Shown in pieces: positions 12,878 through 41,400 of a stretch of 64,000 nt of DNA. A model generated the notes under the pieces. It was not told where the DNA came from and searched no databases. It saw only the letters and a program-made list of their open reading frames with translations. The translations under genes and the position numbers were made by a program. Every line of letters starts with the position of its first letter. Within the stretch, counting starts at the first letter, position 1. This DNA is from Phoronis australis (lineage: Eukaryota > Animalia > Phoronida), in contig NMRA01000124.1 in NCBI GenBank assembly GCA_002633005.1, positions 186,001-250,000 of the forward strand. Direction: 5' to 3'.

Positions 12878-13095
12878 TTAACGCTCATTGACAAATGTGG
12901 ACAAATTCTTCAATTCAGGACACAATATGGTGGACTAGAGGATTTTCATTATATCAAATTAAAGTAACTTTTAAGAAAATTTCCTTGTTGTCTGCATAAT
13001 GTATACCTGCCAACAAACAACATTTGATGTTTAAAAAGAGAAAATGTTGACTTTAGTAAACTACTTTTGTTCCAAATTGAAGAGTTTTACCATAC
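12878..13095 (+). repeat. Copy of an old dispersed repeat family (core AGGACACAATATGG..GACAAG)
   Basis: Aligns by eye with 18618-18850 (both end in TTCCAAATTGAA) and with ~20270 onward on +. Reverse copies lie at ~28020-28212 and ~3040-3082. Confidence 0.6.
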
Positions 13096-15329
13096 ACCAA
13101 TAAGCCAAAATTAGCAGGCTACCTAAATTAATTGCGTGTTTTAAATCTTCAAATTTTCGCCACAATAAGAATCAAGGTTCCACGCAATCAGTCAAGATAT
13201 CGCAAGCCTATTGCCAGCATGGGATTAATCAAACAGTAGGGCCTCATTGTAACAGTCTAGTTACCAGGTCGAAAAAGTCAATAACAGAGGGCCAGTTATC
13301 TCTCCAGAACCATCCCCATACAACAAGATATGCTAAGCTACATTACACATTTGGAAATTGACCGAACAAATGTAACATTGCAAACAACTCTTGGCAGATT
13401 TCTGACCACTGACAGACTCGAGGATCAAAAACAATGGAGATACACAAAAGTCAAAACATACATTACCCAGAATGCATTATACAGGAAGTGTGCCTAGCAC
13501 AATGGTGACTGATTTACTGAGAAGCTGACAAAAGTCGTTGATCACAACTTCAAATAAATTTTACGAGTATACTTTCATACATCAATATGATAAACAATAC
13601 ATAACAAGTTTAAAATAAACCAGCACATGTCACACATCAGCTATAAATACTTAAGTATAGTGTTACAAGACACTAATGTTCTGTACTAAAAACCAAGTTT
13701 GAAATTCAATCGCATGCAACAGATAGCTGTTGTGCAGGGGAAAGGCTCATTAAGTCAAGTATTTACATAAGTAATAAAACATGGTTCTTAACGGCATTAT
13801 TGCCTCATGGAATGACTTTTGCATTTTGTGAGCAGGGGCATATTGCACCATATGACCAAACATAACTTTTGGCACGTGAGTTTTGGAGATATGCTTTTCA
13901 AGCGATCACCGGGACTAAATGATTAAATTTATCAATACTATTAAAAGAGAACACTAACAAAGGTTCAGAACTCCTGACAGAAATTAAAAAGGAAGCCTTA
14001 TCTTTGTAAAGACATTTCTTAAAAATTGCGGAAACTTTGCTGGAAAGTTTACATTCTTAAAGTGATAACTTTGAGTGACTTAAATAAATACACAAGCCTA
14101 CTTACTAGAAAACCCAGACAACAAAATGAGCTAAATCGTGTATAAATTTGTTGTCAATTCTGTCAAATGCATAAGGCACAGTTCAAATTTGAATGCATTT
14201 CTCCAACACCATTTTATTGCGTTGTAAAAACATGCCCTTCAGATGCACTACAATCTGTTCCACGAATGTGACATTGCACTTTTGCTCAAGTGAAATTTAT
14301 TTTTTCAGAAATAGTTGCCTTGAGCACAAGACCAAATTTCTGACTTAAGTCTTAAGTCACTTTTCATGAAACACCCCAGATGTCCACTTGATAAAAACTG
14401 ATGAAGTGACTGACCTTGATTTCAACGAATGTCAGGCATACAATGGTAAGAATTGGCAATTGGTAATGAGAACACACAAACAAGTGATTTTATTGTTTTA
14501 TGACTCTCAAAGACTATCGAATTCAACAAAAATACCAAGAACGTTTTTTCAACCATAGAAAAGATGTCATTTTAAATAATTGCAATCAAAGAAACATTTT
14601 TTCAATTGTGAAAATGAAATGGGTATTTTGGCAATAAAAAGAATACACCCCAAGAACGAAAACTAGAAAGCAAAAATAAATTATTTTACCAACAATCCTA
14701 CCCATCTCTGAACCACGAGGGTTGTACTAGGGGTAATGCACAATATTTCAATGGTGGCTTTATCTAGCGTCAGTGGCGCCACAGTGGAACATAACTGTAA
14801 GCAGGGTGGCCATATCTAGTGACAGTGCTGCCACCATGGAGCGTAACTGTAAGCAGGGCACATCACCAGATCAAGGGGATGGCGATTATTTGTCAAAAAT
14901 GTCAAACAATGAACTTGGGGTCCATGTTATCAAAAGTTGTGTGCCAGATCTTTGAAAAGAAGTTGTAAGCACGTTATTGAAATGTGACGACGTGTTTTGT
15001 ACAAGAGCAAAACACTGAAACTGACTTTAAGTTGATAATTTTCATATTCAGACTCAACCGCCACTTTCAGGAGCCAAGTCAATGAAGTGTGTACAAAGAA
15101 AAATCGAAGATACAATTGTCTTAGCTAAAATCAGACTTAAACAAAACAGGCCCTTGGTGCATAACAAGCAAACAAGACATAATAACAGCAGTCAACCAAT
15201 TACACATACCTAAAACAAATGACTAGGTTGAAATTCACTGGAAAACCTTAACGCTGAGACAGACAAGCTTCACATAAACCAGCAGAAAATATTTTTTAAC
15301 ACTTTGACATTGCATTGATTTTCAGCCCA

Positions 15330-15568
15330 TAAAAGAAATTATTGCAGGCGGTCTGGTACACGTACCAGACGTGCGCAAGCCACGCATGTAGGCCCATTGC
15401 ACTGATCACCTGAAACTATTCCTGTGCTTTATTAATATATAGTTAAAACCGAGCTGAGGAGCTAGAAACCTGACTCAAGGGTCTAGCAATGTGGCCTAGT
15501 GGGACTTGAACCCACGACCTCGAGTAAGGAAGGCAGGCACCTATCACACTAGGCCACACTGCCTCCCC
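15330..15568 (-). mobile_element. tRNA-derived SINE-like element in the EGLN1 3' UTR
   Basis: The - strand head GGGGAGGCAGTGTGGCCTAGTGTGATAGG...GGGTTCAAGTCCC has Pol III A and B boxes but no proper acceptor stem. A 9-bp perfect hairpin GTCTGGTAC/GTACCAGAC (15351-15370) lies near the 3' end. Confidence 0.6.
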
Positions 15569-15819
15569 TTTTTCAACCCATAACAAAGCACAGACAAATG
15601 CTACACTGAGTTAGCAATGGTGGCATCTCCAAGTTTACCACATGATGTGATCCAGAATGATTTAAACGTCTCAATACACTGGTTAAATGCCGAGTGTTTG
15701 ACCCTGGGTACAGTTTCAATCATCCTTTGAAATCAAGATCTCGTTTCTGACTTGTTCTGTGGAATTATCGATTTGTTAGTCCAGAACCAGAGTGATGAAA
15801 TACACGTTATTGCAACCTC

Positions 15820-31727
<15,908 letters not shown>

Positions 31728-32490
31728 GATTGACCTATTTAGAGGTGGGAATTCGTGAGGTCATGAACGCATCTAATGGCGTACGTGAGGTTACTCATAA
31801 CCAACACAACCTCAGAAGCCAAGCTGCCCTAATCTCTTTTGACATAACGGGTGTGATCAACGCACATTAATCACTGACAGACGTGACGATCTTCACAGAT
31901 AGCCATTCGAGATTTTACAAGTTTGAAAGCAAAGTTTATAATATTTCATTTAGAATGACTCAGGCGGCGCAAACATCAGAACTTAGTGGAACTCAAGAGT
32001 GTTCGCCTTTTGCCGTTCGATTGCCGAGTTACTTAGGAAAAAGTGACAGGCGACTTACTATAAGAATTTAGCCTATAGACAATATTAGGAAAATCGAAGA
32101 AGCGACTATGCACCGTTTTGAACAATTAGTTAAGTTAATTAAATTATATTGCGTAATCACAGTTGTAACAGAAAACTTGACAAGTAAATTAACAATTAAC
32201 AGTATCAAAAATACTGTATTTATCCCTGAATCAAGGGCAGCTACAGACACAAACAAGTAACATGTTAGGCCAATATCAAATTTTGCGGACGGACGGCGCA
32301 GTAGTGACTTGAACTAGGGAGAAAATAATGTGAACGCTCCCGGCTTTCTAATTAGTGCTCAGTGAACTTCCCGCGGGGGGGGGGGCATTTTTCAATGAAA
32401 ATAACCTCTGTCGAAATTTTAATTCATTTGCTTCTCATTCAAAAATAGGAATAAAGAATAAAAATACAGAGAAATTATAACCACTTGAAA

Positions 32491-33220
32491 CAGTGGCGGA
32501 TCTAGGATATCACAAGGGGGGGCCCAACATTTTGTCCGGCTGTAAACATTTGCGCAAACTGAACCACGATTGTAGATGCGCATAGCACCGAATGGGGGGA
32601 GGTCGGTAGGGGGGTTTGCCCCCCTCCAGCCCAGGAAAATTTTCTGCTTTTACATCTAAGAATCAAGTATTTTCCTTGATTCCTAAAGTATTATCCAAGA
32701 AAAAAAGGAAAAAAAAAACACGGAGAACGTGTCAAACAGGAAAAACTGCAAGTATCAAAGACTCGAACTCACGACCTTGCGCATAGAGCGCGCGTGCGTT
32801 ACCACTACACCACCACGATTTCACTACCAATCTCATACTAAGAGACCTACTTGTTTATGGTCCACAGCGTTTGCGCGCGAAACCTACTTCTTTTTGTAAT
32901 GCTTTCAAGTGCCATCGATTCTTAACAAATTTGTCGTATTTAAAATAGTCTTCAAATTCCCAAAAGACCAAATCCGTTTTTCGTGTTGGCAATAATGACG
33001 GGATTGCTTTGGAAATCGTCTTAACTCTTAACATAAGGTTTGACAAAGAGAGTATTGCGAATTTCTGAGTGATTCACTAAGGCTTCGATTAAAATTCCCA
33101 TCTTACCAGCAGCTTCTGTTTTTTCATCGTCACTCAGGTTCCATTTTCTTTAAAANTTTTTTGCGGCAGCTAAGGGGGTGGGGGGCGGGCCCCCTGGGCC
33201 CCCCCCTAAATCCGCCTATG
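32491..33220. mobile_element. MITE of the CAGTGGCGGATCTAGG family with an internal tRNA-like fragment; spans the N at 33156
   Basis: Termini CAGTGGCGGATCTAGG / CCTAAATCCGCCTATG. The - strand GTGGTGTAGTGGTAACG...GAGTTCGAGTC (A/B boxes) lies at ~32760-32815. Confidence 0.6.
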
Positions 33221-35089
33221 TGAAAACCGGGCATGACTGAAGTAAGAGCGTACTCACACGACTTCCGCCGCGCGGGTCTGAGGGTCTTCAGTGGGTCGAA
33301 CTGGGAAACCGAGTGGAGATGATTATTTGCGACAATGGACCGAGAAAAACATGGCATAAAAAGAAATTGCTTTCTTTTAAATTTGCCAAAAAGGAAAGAG
33401 GATCGTAGATTGGAGAAGCAATCAAATTTAAACATGTCCCATAGCACGTGCACGTACCGTGCATTATTGATACGGCCTACGGCGATTCAGGGCCATCCAT
33501 GCAACTGAGCCTCACGGGCTACCGTAAAGGTTGTACCAAACAAAATTCCGTTGACTAATGAGAATATAGTTAATTGCAAGTAATTATTGTACCTTAGAAC
33601 TGGTTCTCAAAATGCGGGCACAAGCTTAGGTCGTAACCGAAGATCGGTTTTTCTACATTTTAAGAGATCACTGGATACTGGCTTTTTGAAGTACCAACTT
33701 TGATCAACGCTATAAAAGTATGAATTCCGTTCTGATTTTATTACAGATTGCCAATTCTCGCCGTTGTCTCGCTGTGATTTTGCAAGCACTGGTTTAAGTG
33801 AAAATCACATTCAAAGTGTTTTTGTCACCGAACCGTAGTCAAACTGTTCACCAGGTATTTTTACGGTTTGCTCGTGTAGAATTAGTGTTTCTGTTGCGTT
33901 ATTCCTTTAGTTTCAAATTGAAAATGTGACCTTTGAATTTTGATGTAAAAACCGCGGTAAAAACGTCAATGTCGATTTCAAGCAGCAGCCAGACACTGAG
34001 TGCGCGCATATACATTTTTAGGGGCGGAGTGAAAACTGCAATAGCGGAATAAAATCGTCGTCTGTGTTTCGAAAAGACGATTTTTCAAGAAATTCTTTGT
34101 GAATAACTCTCGCGTTGGCATCTCAAAGAAATATACTCTCCACAATCCGAAATGTTATTTTTTAGGGTTTTCGCATTCAGTGAATACCTCTTAGTAACAA
34201 TCACTAGGCCTATACATAAGGACCCGCAACTAGCCGCGCCAGCGGCTAGAGCCGCTTTTCTGAAAATTGTTGAATCCGATGCCTAGTAGTACCCGTGCTC
34301 TGGCCCATGCCGGGGTCAGGCCGTCGCCGCTGTCAATTTGTTGAGTAGAGTGTCTCTTTGAATTTCAGATAACAGGCGCTCAGACCCTATCCCATGTTGA
34401 GTTGTTGCCCGACCAAGCCCGCAAATCAAGTCACGGTGCATACGTGCACTGACCCAGCTCAAAACTGTAGACTGAGGCCGGGGGGTCAGTCTTGAAAAGT
34501 TTTGAGTCAGGCCTCAACGGGTCACTATAGAGCTATGAATGGTCCATTTGCAAAATTTTGGTAGTTCCTGCTTTTTAGAGCTCTTTTGTCTTGCTTTCTA
34601 CTTTTTTGGACTTTTTGTTTCTCTGCCCACTTCGCCAAAGAGGTGAGGGGGGGGCTCGTTCCAGTCCCGCCCCCGGCCATCACTGATGAGTACTGAATGG
34701 GAATGCGTACACTCATTTGCCATTTTCGCAGAACTCGCAATTTTACGGTTGAATAATCTTCAGAATAAGACTCTGAAGTTTGTTTAGACGCGCATGCATG
34801 GTTTCGACTGTTCTAAGTGTTGACGGCCGGGTGGAATCCTCTGACTCCGCCTCCGTCGGGGAGCAGCACGGTATCTGGATCGACAGAAGCATTTTCATTT
34901 AATTCAGTTTAGTTAGCTTAGAGTGAAATTTGACTTAAAAATCAAAATCTATAGCTTGAACGAAATCGTCCGAGTTTGCAAGTCCTGAACCATTTAGAAC
35001 CGGAGTACCGTGGAACCGTCAGCCTCCGACGCCGGTCCAGCCCTCAGGCTAGCTCCATTGGCTTCGCGTTAATGTCTTTATTTCCGAAA

Positions 35090-35143
35090 TTCACCACCTG
35101 AGCTTACCAGCGCTGCTATCGCCGACGTTGCACGCTACCTTAC
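35090..35143 (+). other. EPRS1: Probable EPRS 5' UTR exon (start approximate)
   Basis: C|GTGAGT donor at 35144, followed by an AT-rich intron to the TTCTTGTAG acceptor ending 35421. CCAAT-like element just upstream. Confidence 0.5.
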
Positions 35144-35435
35144 GTGAGTTTTATAGAAACAAGTTACAATATTTTGAACAGCGAGATTAAAAAGGCTTTT
35201 ATTTTATTTAAAAGTTAAAAAAAGTTTTGGTACATGAAAAATATAAAAAATGTTTTATTGTACTAATTCTTTCATATTTTTATATAAAAATATTTAAAAA
35301 TATTTTTCTACAAAATACAGTAATTTGGAGCCCATGTGGATTGCAGGAAGATTTCAGAAGACTGTCGCTGCTTATAAAACCGGCATTCTGTAATCTTGCC
35401 TTTATCAGAATATTCTTGTAGGGCAACAGTTAGAT

Positions 35436-35472
35436 ATGAGGTTGGTTGCATCGAAGAAAAACCCACCAGTTG
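35436..35472 (+). CDS. EPRS1: EPRS first coding exon ([13 protein letters not shown])
   Basis: Resembles the EPRS N-terminal PP-x-GALLA pattern once spliced; G|GTAAGC donor. Confidence 0.8.
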
Positions 35473-38400
35473 GTAAGCATTACTTAAAGTAAGGCAAAAT
35501 ATTTTGCAGCGCCTTTTTAGCAACAGAGTATGTGGTAAATTATTTACATCCTGTTCCACTACTCACGACAGTAGACACGTAACCCGTCTGGGTAATTGTT
35601 ACAACATGACGACGTTGACCTACACACATGATTTTGGTATCGTTCCGCCTATTGTTCTCATTCCGATGATTTGTGACTGGTGGCACAGAGTCATAAACCA
35701 CTGCTATTCACAGTCACACAGTTACAAATCACTACTATTCAATATACTATTTACATGTTCTAGCTTTGCCTGTAGTTTTTGCAAGCAGCGAATGTCAAGA
35801 AAATTTGACAAAGTGTGGAATGTGCGACTCTCACAATAGTTCAAAAACATGCCTGGATTATAAAATGATCATCCTTTGTTCTGTTCATGTTTCCTGCGCA
35901 AGAATTAGCAACCCAAAATTAAAAGAAATTTGTATATAAATACCCTTCAAAATGGAGAATTCGACGTCTGCTTCCAGATTAAAATCTTGAAGGTTGGTCT
36001 CATTTCTAAATCAACCAATGGCCTTCAAGCAGGGATATAATACTTAGCCTTAGACCACGAAACCCCACTCGACAGCTGGGCGACAGCTAGGCAACAAGTA
36101 GCCCCTCGGTTGGGTGGTTAGGGGCTATAGTACTTAATTCCCATCGCTTTCTGTACGCATTTCGTTCAATGTATTTGAAACGGGCGGTAGGCCAAATCCG
36201 GCCACCGATTTTGAGTTTTCACCTCGTCAAAAATACATTCCACACTTAAAACTATCACTTAAAAAACGCTTACTTTCTTCATTGTTCTTTTCTACTTCTA
36301 TACATTTCTTTGATGAAGCTTAGTTACGAGAATTAAGGTGACTTTGGCGAAGAATTCCAACTTCACTTTTTTGGTTGCCGTTAACTTTGTCACCACGCGC
36401 ACGGTAACCACAGTGTATGTCAACTGAGTCACGTGAGTTAGGCAAATGCTAGTGCGAGACTGAGCGAAGCGCATGACGCTAGCGCGTGACACTTGCAAAT
36501 AGCATCGACAAAGTATCAGGTGAAATTTGTAAGATTTGTGTCCCTTAGACTTTTTATTCATCAACATGCGTGATTTCACACAACTTCCTCAAAATGGCAC
36601 CTGGTAAGAGAAACTCGAGCAAACTGTGACAGATTTTCATCGATTTGTTCAAATTATCTTGACTGAATCGTCTCCAGACTTATGTTTTAAGTTGTTTATA
36701 ACTCCATGTGCATATATGCATGTTTCGTCTGATTTTATTTCCTGTATTTTGANCCTTAGACCACGAAACCCCACTCGACAGCTGGGCGACAGCTAGGCAA
36801 CAAGTAGCCCCTCGGTTGGGTGGTTAGGGGCTATAGTACTTCCCATCGCTTTCTGTACGCATTTCGTTCAATGTATTTGAAACAGGCGGTAGGCCAAATC
36901 CGGCCACCGATTTTGAGTTTTCACCTCGTCAAAAATACATTCCACACTTAAAACTATCACTTAAAAAACGCTTACTTTCTTCATTGTTCTTTTCTACTTC
37001 TATACATTTCTTCGATGAAGCTTAGTTACGAGAATTAAGGTGATTTTGGCGAAGAATTCCAACTTCCCTTTTTTGGTTGCCGTTAACTTTTTCACCATGC
37101 GCACGATAACCACAAAGTATGTCAACTGAGTCACGTGAGTTAGGCAAATGCTAGCGCGAGACTGAGCGAAGCGCGTGACGCTAGCGCGTGACACTTGCAA
37201 ATAGCATCGACAAAGTATCAGGTGAAATTTGTAAGATTTGTGTCCCTTGGACTTTTTATTCATTAACATGCGTGATTTCACACAACTTCCTCAAAATGGC
37301 ACCTGGTAAGAGAAACTCGAGCAAACTGTGACAGATTTTCATCGATTTGTTCAAATTATCTTGACTGAATCGTCTCCAGACTTATGGTTTAAGTTGTTTA
37401 TAACTCCATGTGCATATATGCATGTTTCGTCTGATTTTATTTCCTGTATTTTGAAATTCGTAATTTTTTGTGGGGATGCTTTATCGCCCCTGTATGCCTG
37501 CGGCATCCAGGGCGATGTAATTGCCTAGGCGATGTAATTGCCTAGGCGACAGCCAGAAAATCAAGTCGCCCAGCCAAAAGTTAAGTCCCCTTCAAGTGTT
37601 GGTCACAACAGCCAAACTGGCCATCCCAAATTCAAAAACCACCAGAAACCGGCAAAATTAACCATGTCCAAAATTCTATAATTGATGTGGTACAATACAA
37701 GCTGCGTATGTTTCAGTATGCCTTCTATACTCTTGACCCGTCACCAGTCACAAACACTGCCGTATTTGGTACCACGATAATAAAATTTGCTTTAACATGT
37801 TGAAGTAAAGCACCCTTGGAGGAAAACAACAAATTTAACAGCTGCGTAGATCTGTGACCGCCAGCTAATGATTGTTCCACTCGCGATGAATTAAGTATTA
37901 AACCCGTGATAAAATGTTACTAAACAGCGATATTTCTACTCATTCTAAAACGATCAACTTACCAAACTTTGTGTTGGAAAAACGTGTTTATTTTTCATGT
38001 AAGATATCCTCGACAATATCGCACTGTCGGACAGGTCATACCTGGTGTTTGCGTGCAATGTCCCGGCAGACAGTTGTGACTTGGAAATGCCGTCAAGTAA
38101 GAGCACATTGCAATGAGTGTCTCTTTTATTGCAAATGGCAACAAACTTGACAATGATAACCCTATCAATCGCCAAATAACGGCTATGACTTGTCTTTAAA
38201 CATAATAGTTTCAAGTCGTGAAGAAATTGTCGAGCCCTTGTTTTTGGGGCTGAGCACGTGCATGAGTATGAGTGTTCTGTCAATTACATGTTGCTGGCAA
38301 TATAACATGTACTCCAGCAATTCAAGTGTGGGAACTCCAAAGCCGCACATCAAAAGAGAACAGCGACAGTCCTGAATAAAACAGTACTGGCTTGGCTGTG

Positions 38401-41400
38401 TTAAGTGCCTTGGTGTTTATTTGCCAATGAATGTAGATCCCTGGTGCTTTATGATATTCCCCGGGCTCGATATTCCCCTGACCCGATATTCTCCTGTTTC
38501 GATGTTTCTCCGGCTCGATGATCTTCATGTCTGATATACCATGCTCTTAGCCAGCTATTACAGCTGAGGGTTAGACGCGAAGTTGTGGTTGGCAAACATT
38601 TTAGACGCGCACCAAAATTAACCTCAAATTCAACATAGAAACACTACACAAAGAGAACTTTTATTCATTTGGACTCTACAAAAGGGTGCAGATGTGCTCT
38701 GAAAGTTCGACCGTTACCCGGGCGACTGGCCAGTGATCTTTTACTTGCCTTGCATTGGTGACTCGGCGAGTGGCTAAGTGTATCACTTGTGCAAGTACAA
38801 AATAGGCCATTAGGGTAACAGTTGACATCTTTTCACAAATCACGACATCAACTTACGGCAGTATACTCAACGACAACATGGCTTCGAGAGCTATGTAAAG
38901 AAGGTATGCCAAATTTCTGAGGATTAAACAGCCAGGACAGCATCTCTTAATGAATTACGTAGCCTATATTTGTGATTTTGTCACATTCACAAACTGCAGC
39001 AAGCAATCCTGCACGTTTTGGCTGTCCTTGACAGTTTTGTCATCCAACGATTAAAAGACATTTGGAGAGGTCTACCTTCTATTCTATTCACTGGACTTAC
39101 AAATACTTGCTGTCCTAAGTGTGGAAATCTTCCACTTAATGTTGTCACTTAAAAATCCACAACAAACAATTCGCTTTTAAATGACGTTCATGCATACACC
39201 TTATCCCATAGCCTCGGTATATAAGTACGGAAAGCTAAATATACAGCTTTGGAATGATGTGGGTAAAAGTCTTGCTAATCATAATCTGATGCAAAAATTA
39301 ATTTTATTAAAAACTAGTCTCTTTCTTGGCAAAACTAACATGGTTATTGGCGCTAAAGTAGTGCTGTTATTGTGTTATTCATTCTATCTTTTGCTCGTTA
39401 GTGGTCCTTTTTAATTAGACTGTATTGAATGGAAAACATGTCAACAACATCTACTGTTTTGTAATGGTCAAGTCATGTTTCTCTCACAAGCATTTTTACG
39501 ATGTTTTTCCTTTTTTTTGCTCGTAAAGCCTCTTGTAGCTAATTCTGGCAGATATAGTGCAACTTTAAGTGTAAACGTATAGCCTGTCAATACACCAGAA
39601 CGGTAAATACCTCAGTACTTTGAATCAAGAGTTGATGTACATTTGTAGTATGAAATGTTCACTGTTTCAGGTGCTCTGCTTGCTGCTGAGTATGTCAAAA
39701 CGTTTGGACACACTGTCGACATTGAATGGGGAAACACCACCAATATGGAGCAGGGAGGGTTAGTATTGTTAGGACATCCAACTGTGGAAAAATATGACTA
39801 AATGAAACTGTTGCAGTTCCTTGTTGTACAGTGCTATTCCTGTCCCTTGTATTTTTCAGATTTGTCCAGGCAAAATGCGCTCACTTTTCACTGTTGTTGG
39901 CTGTATTAATTATGTGTCCTCTGAATTTCTGCTTGAGAGCTTACTTTCCTGGTAACAAAAATTGATTTTGGTCTTAGTTTTGGTCTTAAACTACTAATTG
40001 CATGAGTATCAATGTCACTTAAATGTTAAAATTTGTTGGAAGTTTATCATTTGATAAATTTCGACTGCATTGTAGTCATTATTTGGCTCTGATTGACATC
40101 TAGTTATCAATTTTCCGAAATGCGCAGAAAATTTGCTGCGTAATCTCCTATTCCTACTATTGCGCTTCATGAGAAGACGACGTTGTGTCACCTGATAGTG
40201 GTTGATAATGACAAAAGTGCGTTTTTTTGTACCGAATCAGACAAACTACCTTCCTCTGAATACCATCGACCAAATCGGTTTTTCTCTTCATCTGTATTTT
40301 CGTCTCATTTATTTTCCGCTTGTCATCGGCGTTACATCATGCAAGTAAAATAGTTTTAAAAAATCTTAAGAATTAATGTATGGGTTATTTGAGATATAAT
40401 TTCGCTTGTAATCAGTTTTCAGGTAAATGGTTTTCATTCCCTAAAGTTGCAAACAGCTAATAGTTTGCCTGTAAGATGGACTTTGATGAAAAATTTCATG
40501 AAACAGATTCGTAGTATTGAGTTGCTTGGTGACTTGAATACAGTTTTTATAAGCCCACACTGACTACACTGCCACGAATTTTTAGTGTACAGGTAATTTC
40601 AAACTTCCTGTGTTTTTTTATTTTATGTGATTTTACTGTTTATAGTGTGTCATTCAGTACGGTGCCCTCCATCTGTCGCTATGTGGCGCGTGTTGTACCA
40701 CAGGCACGTCTCTATGGTAGTACCTCTCTGGAAAAGACGGAGGTGAGCTCTTTAAGTATACATCTCTTACCTGTTATGCAAAAGTTGCAAAAAGTTCTTA
40801 TGTCAATAAAAGCTGAAGGTAAACGTCATAGAACTCTCAAGATTAGTAAAAAAGGATTTTGCGAGTCATATTGTGATGTCTTGCATTTCATTGTGACCGG
40901 TAAGAGTTGGCAAAAAATAATGTCCATATCTATTGATATAATGATTCTTGGAAAACAAAAAATATCCTGGAGTACTCAAGGAACACAAAAACTATGTGAA
41001 GCATGACCTGATATGGTGCCATTGTCTCCTGTTGAGTAGTTTATAACATATTATGCTTGCTCCTTCGTAATTCTTGTAATATTAATCATGTTAACCTGTG
41101 TATACTGTATTTATTATAAAACACGGATGTCTGATTTGGCATCTGGACAAAAGTTTTGCTGTCTTGACTAACATATAAATTTCCTTTATTGTTGTCCTAT
41201 TGTAAATCAGATGATAGATCTGCCTTCTTGTTGTCTAATCCTATATCAGATGACAGATCTACCTTCTTGTCTGATCACAAGACTAGCGGCAGATCTGCCT
41301 TCTTACTGTGAGAAGCCTGTTTTGCTGTGGCGGGATTTGTGGTTAGGCTCCGTTTGCTCAATGCGATCACAAGTAATTGGCGAGAATAATGTCATTTTGC

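Larger units (their letters stand above)
11825..15819 (-). other. EGLN1: Putative long EGLN1 3' UTR with distal poly(A) signal
   Basis: Non-coding AT-rich stretch after the stop. AATAAA on the - strand at 11850-11845 is followed by a GU-rich element (GTTGTGAGTTGTT). More proximal AATAAA hexamers also exist, so the true end is uncertain. Confidence 0.45.
31728..35143. promoter_or_regulatory. Divergent EGLN1/EPRS upstream region with HRE-like motifs
   Basis: CpG-rich. TACGTG at 31782, ACGTG at 31881, tandem CACGTGCACGTA at 33445-33456, TACGTG at 34441. GC box GGGGCGGAG at 34021 and ATTGG near 35057. Confidence 0.55.

Noticed and set aside
15489-15568. tRNA gene
   Set aside because: A and B boxes are present but there is no acceptor stem or sound anticodon arm; treated as a SINE head. 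The same applies to ~32760-32815.
11825-15819. Iron-responsive elements in the EGLN1 3' UTR
   Set aside because: The CAGTGH loops I checked on the - strand lack the required 5-bp upper stem.
36298-37281. Twin 93-aa ORFs (and a related ORF at 56964-57209) as a small gene family
   Set aside because: They lie in a duplicated transposon-derived repeat, have non-ATG starts and show no recognisable domain.
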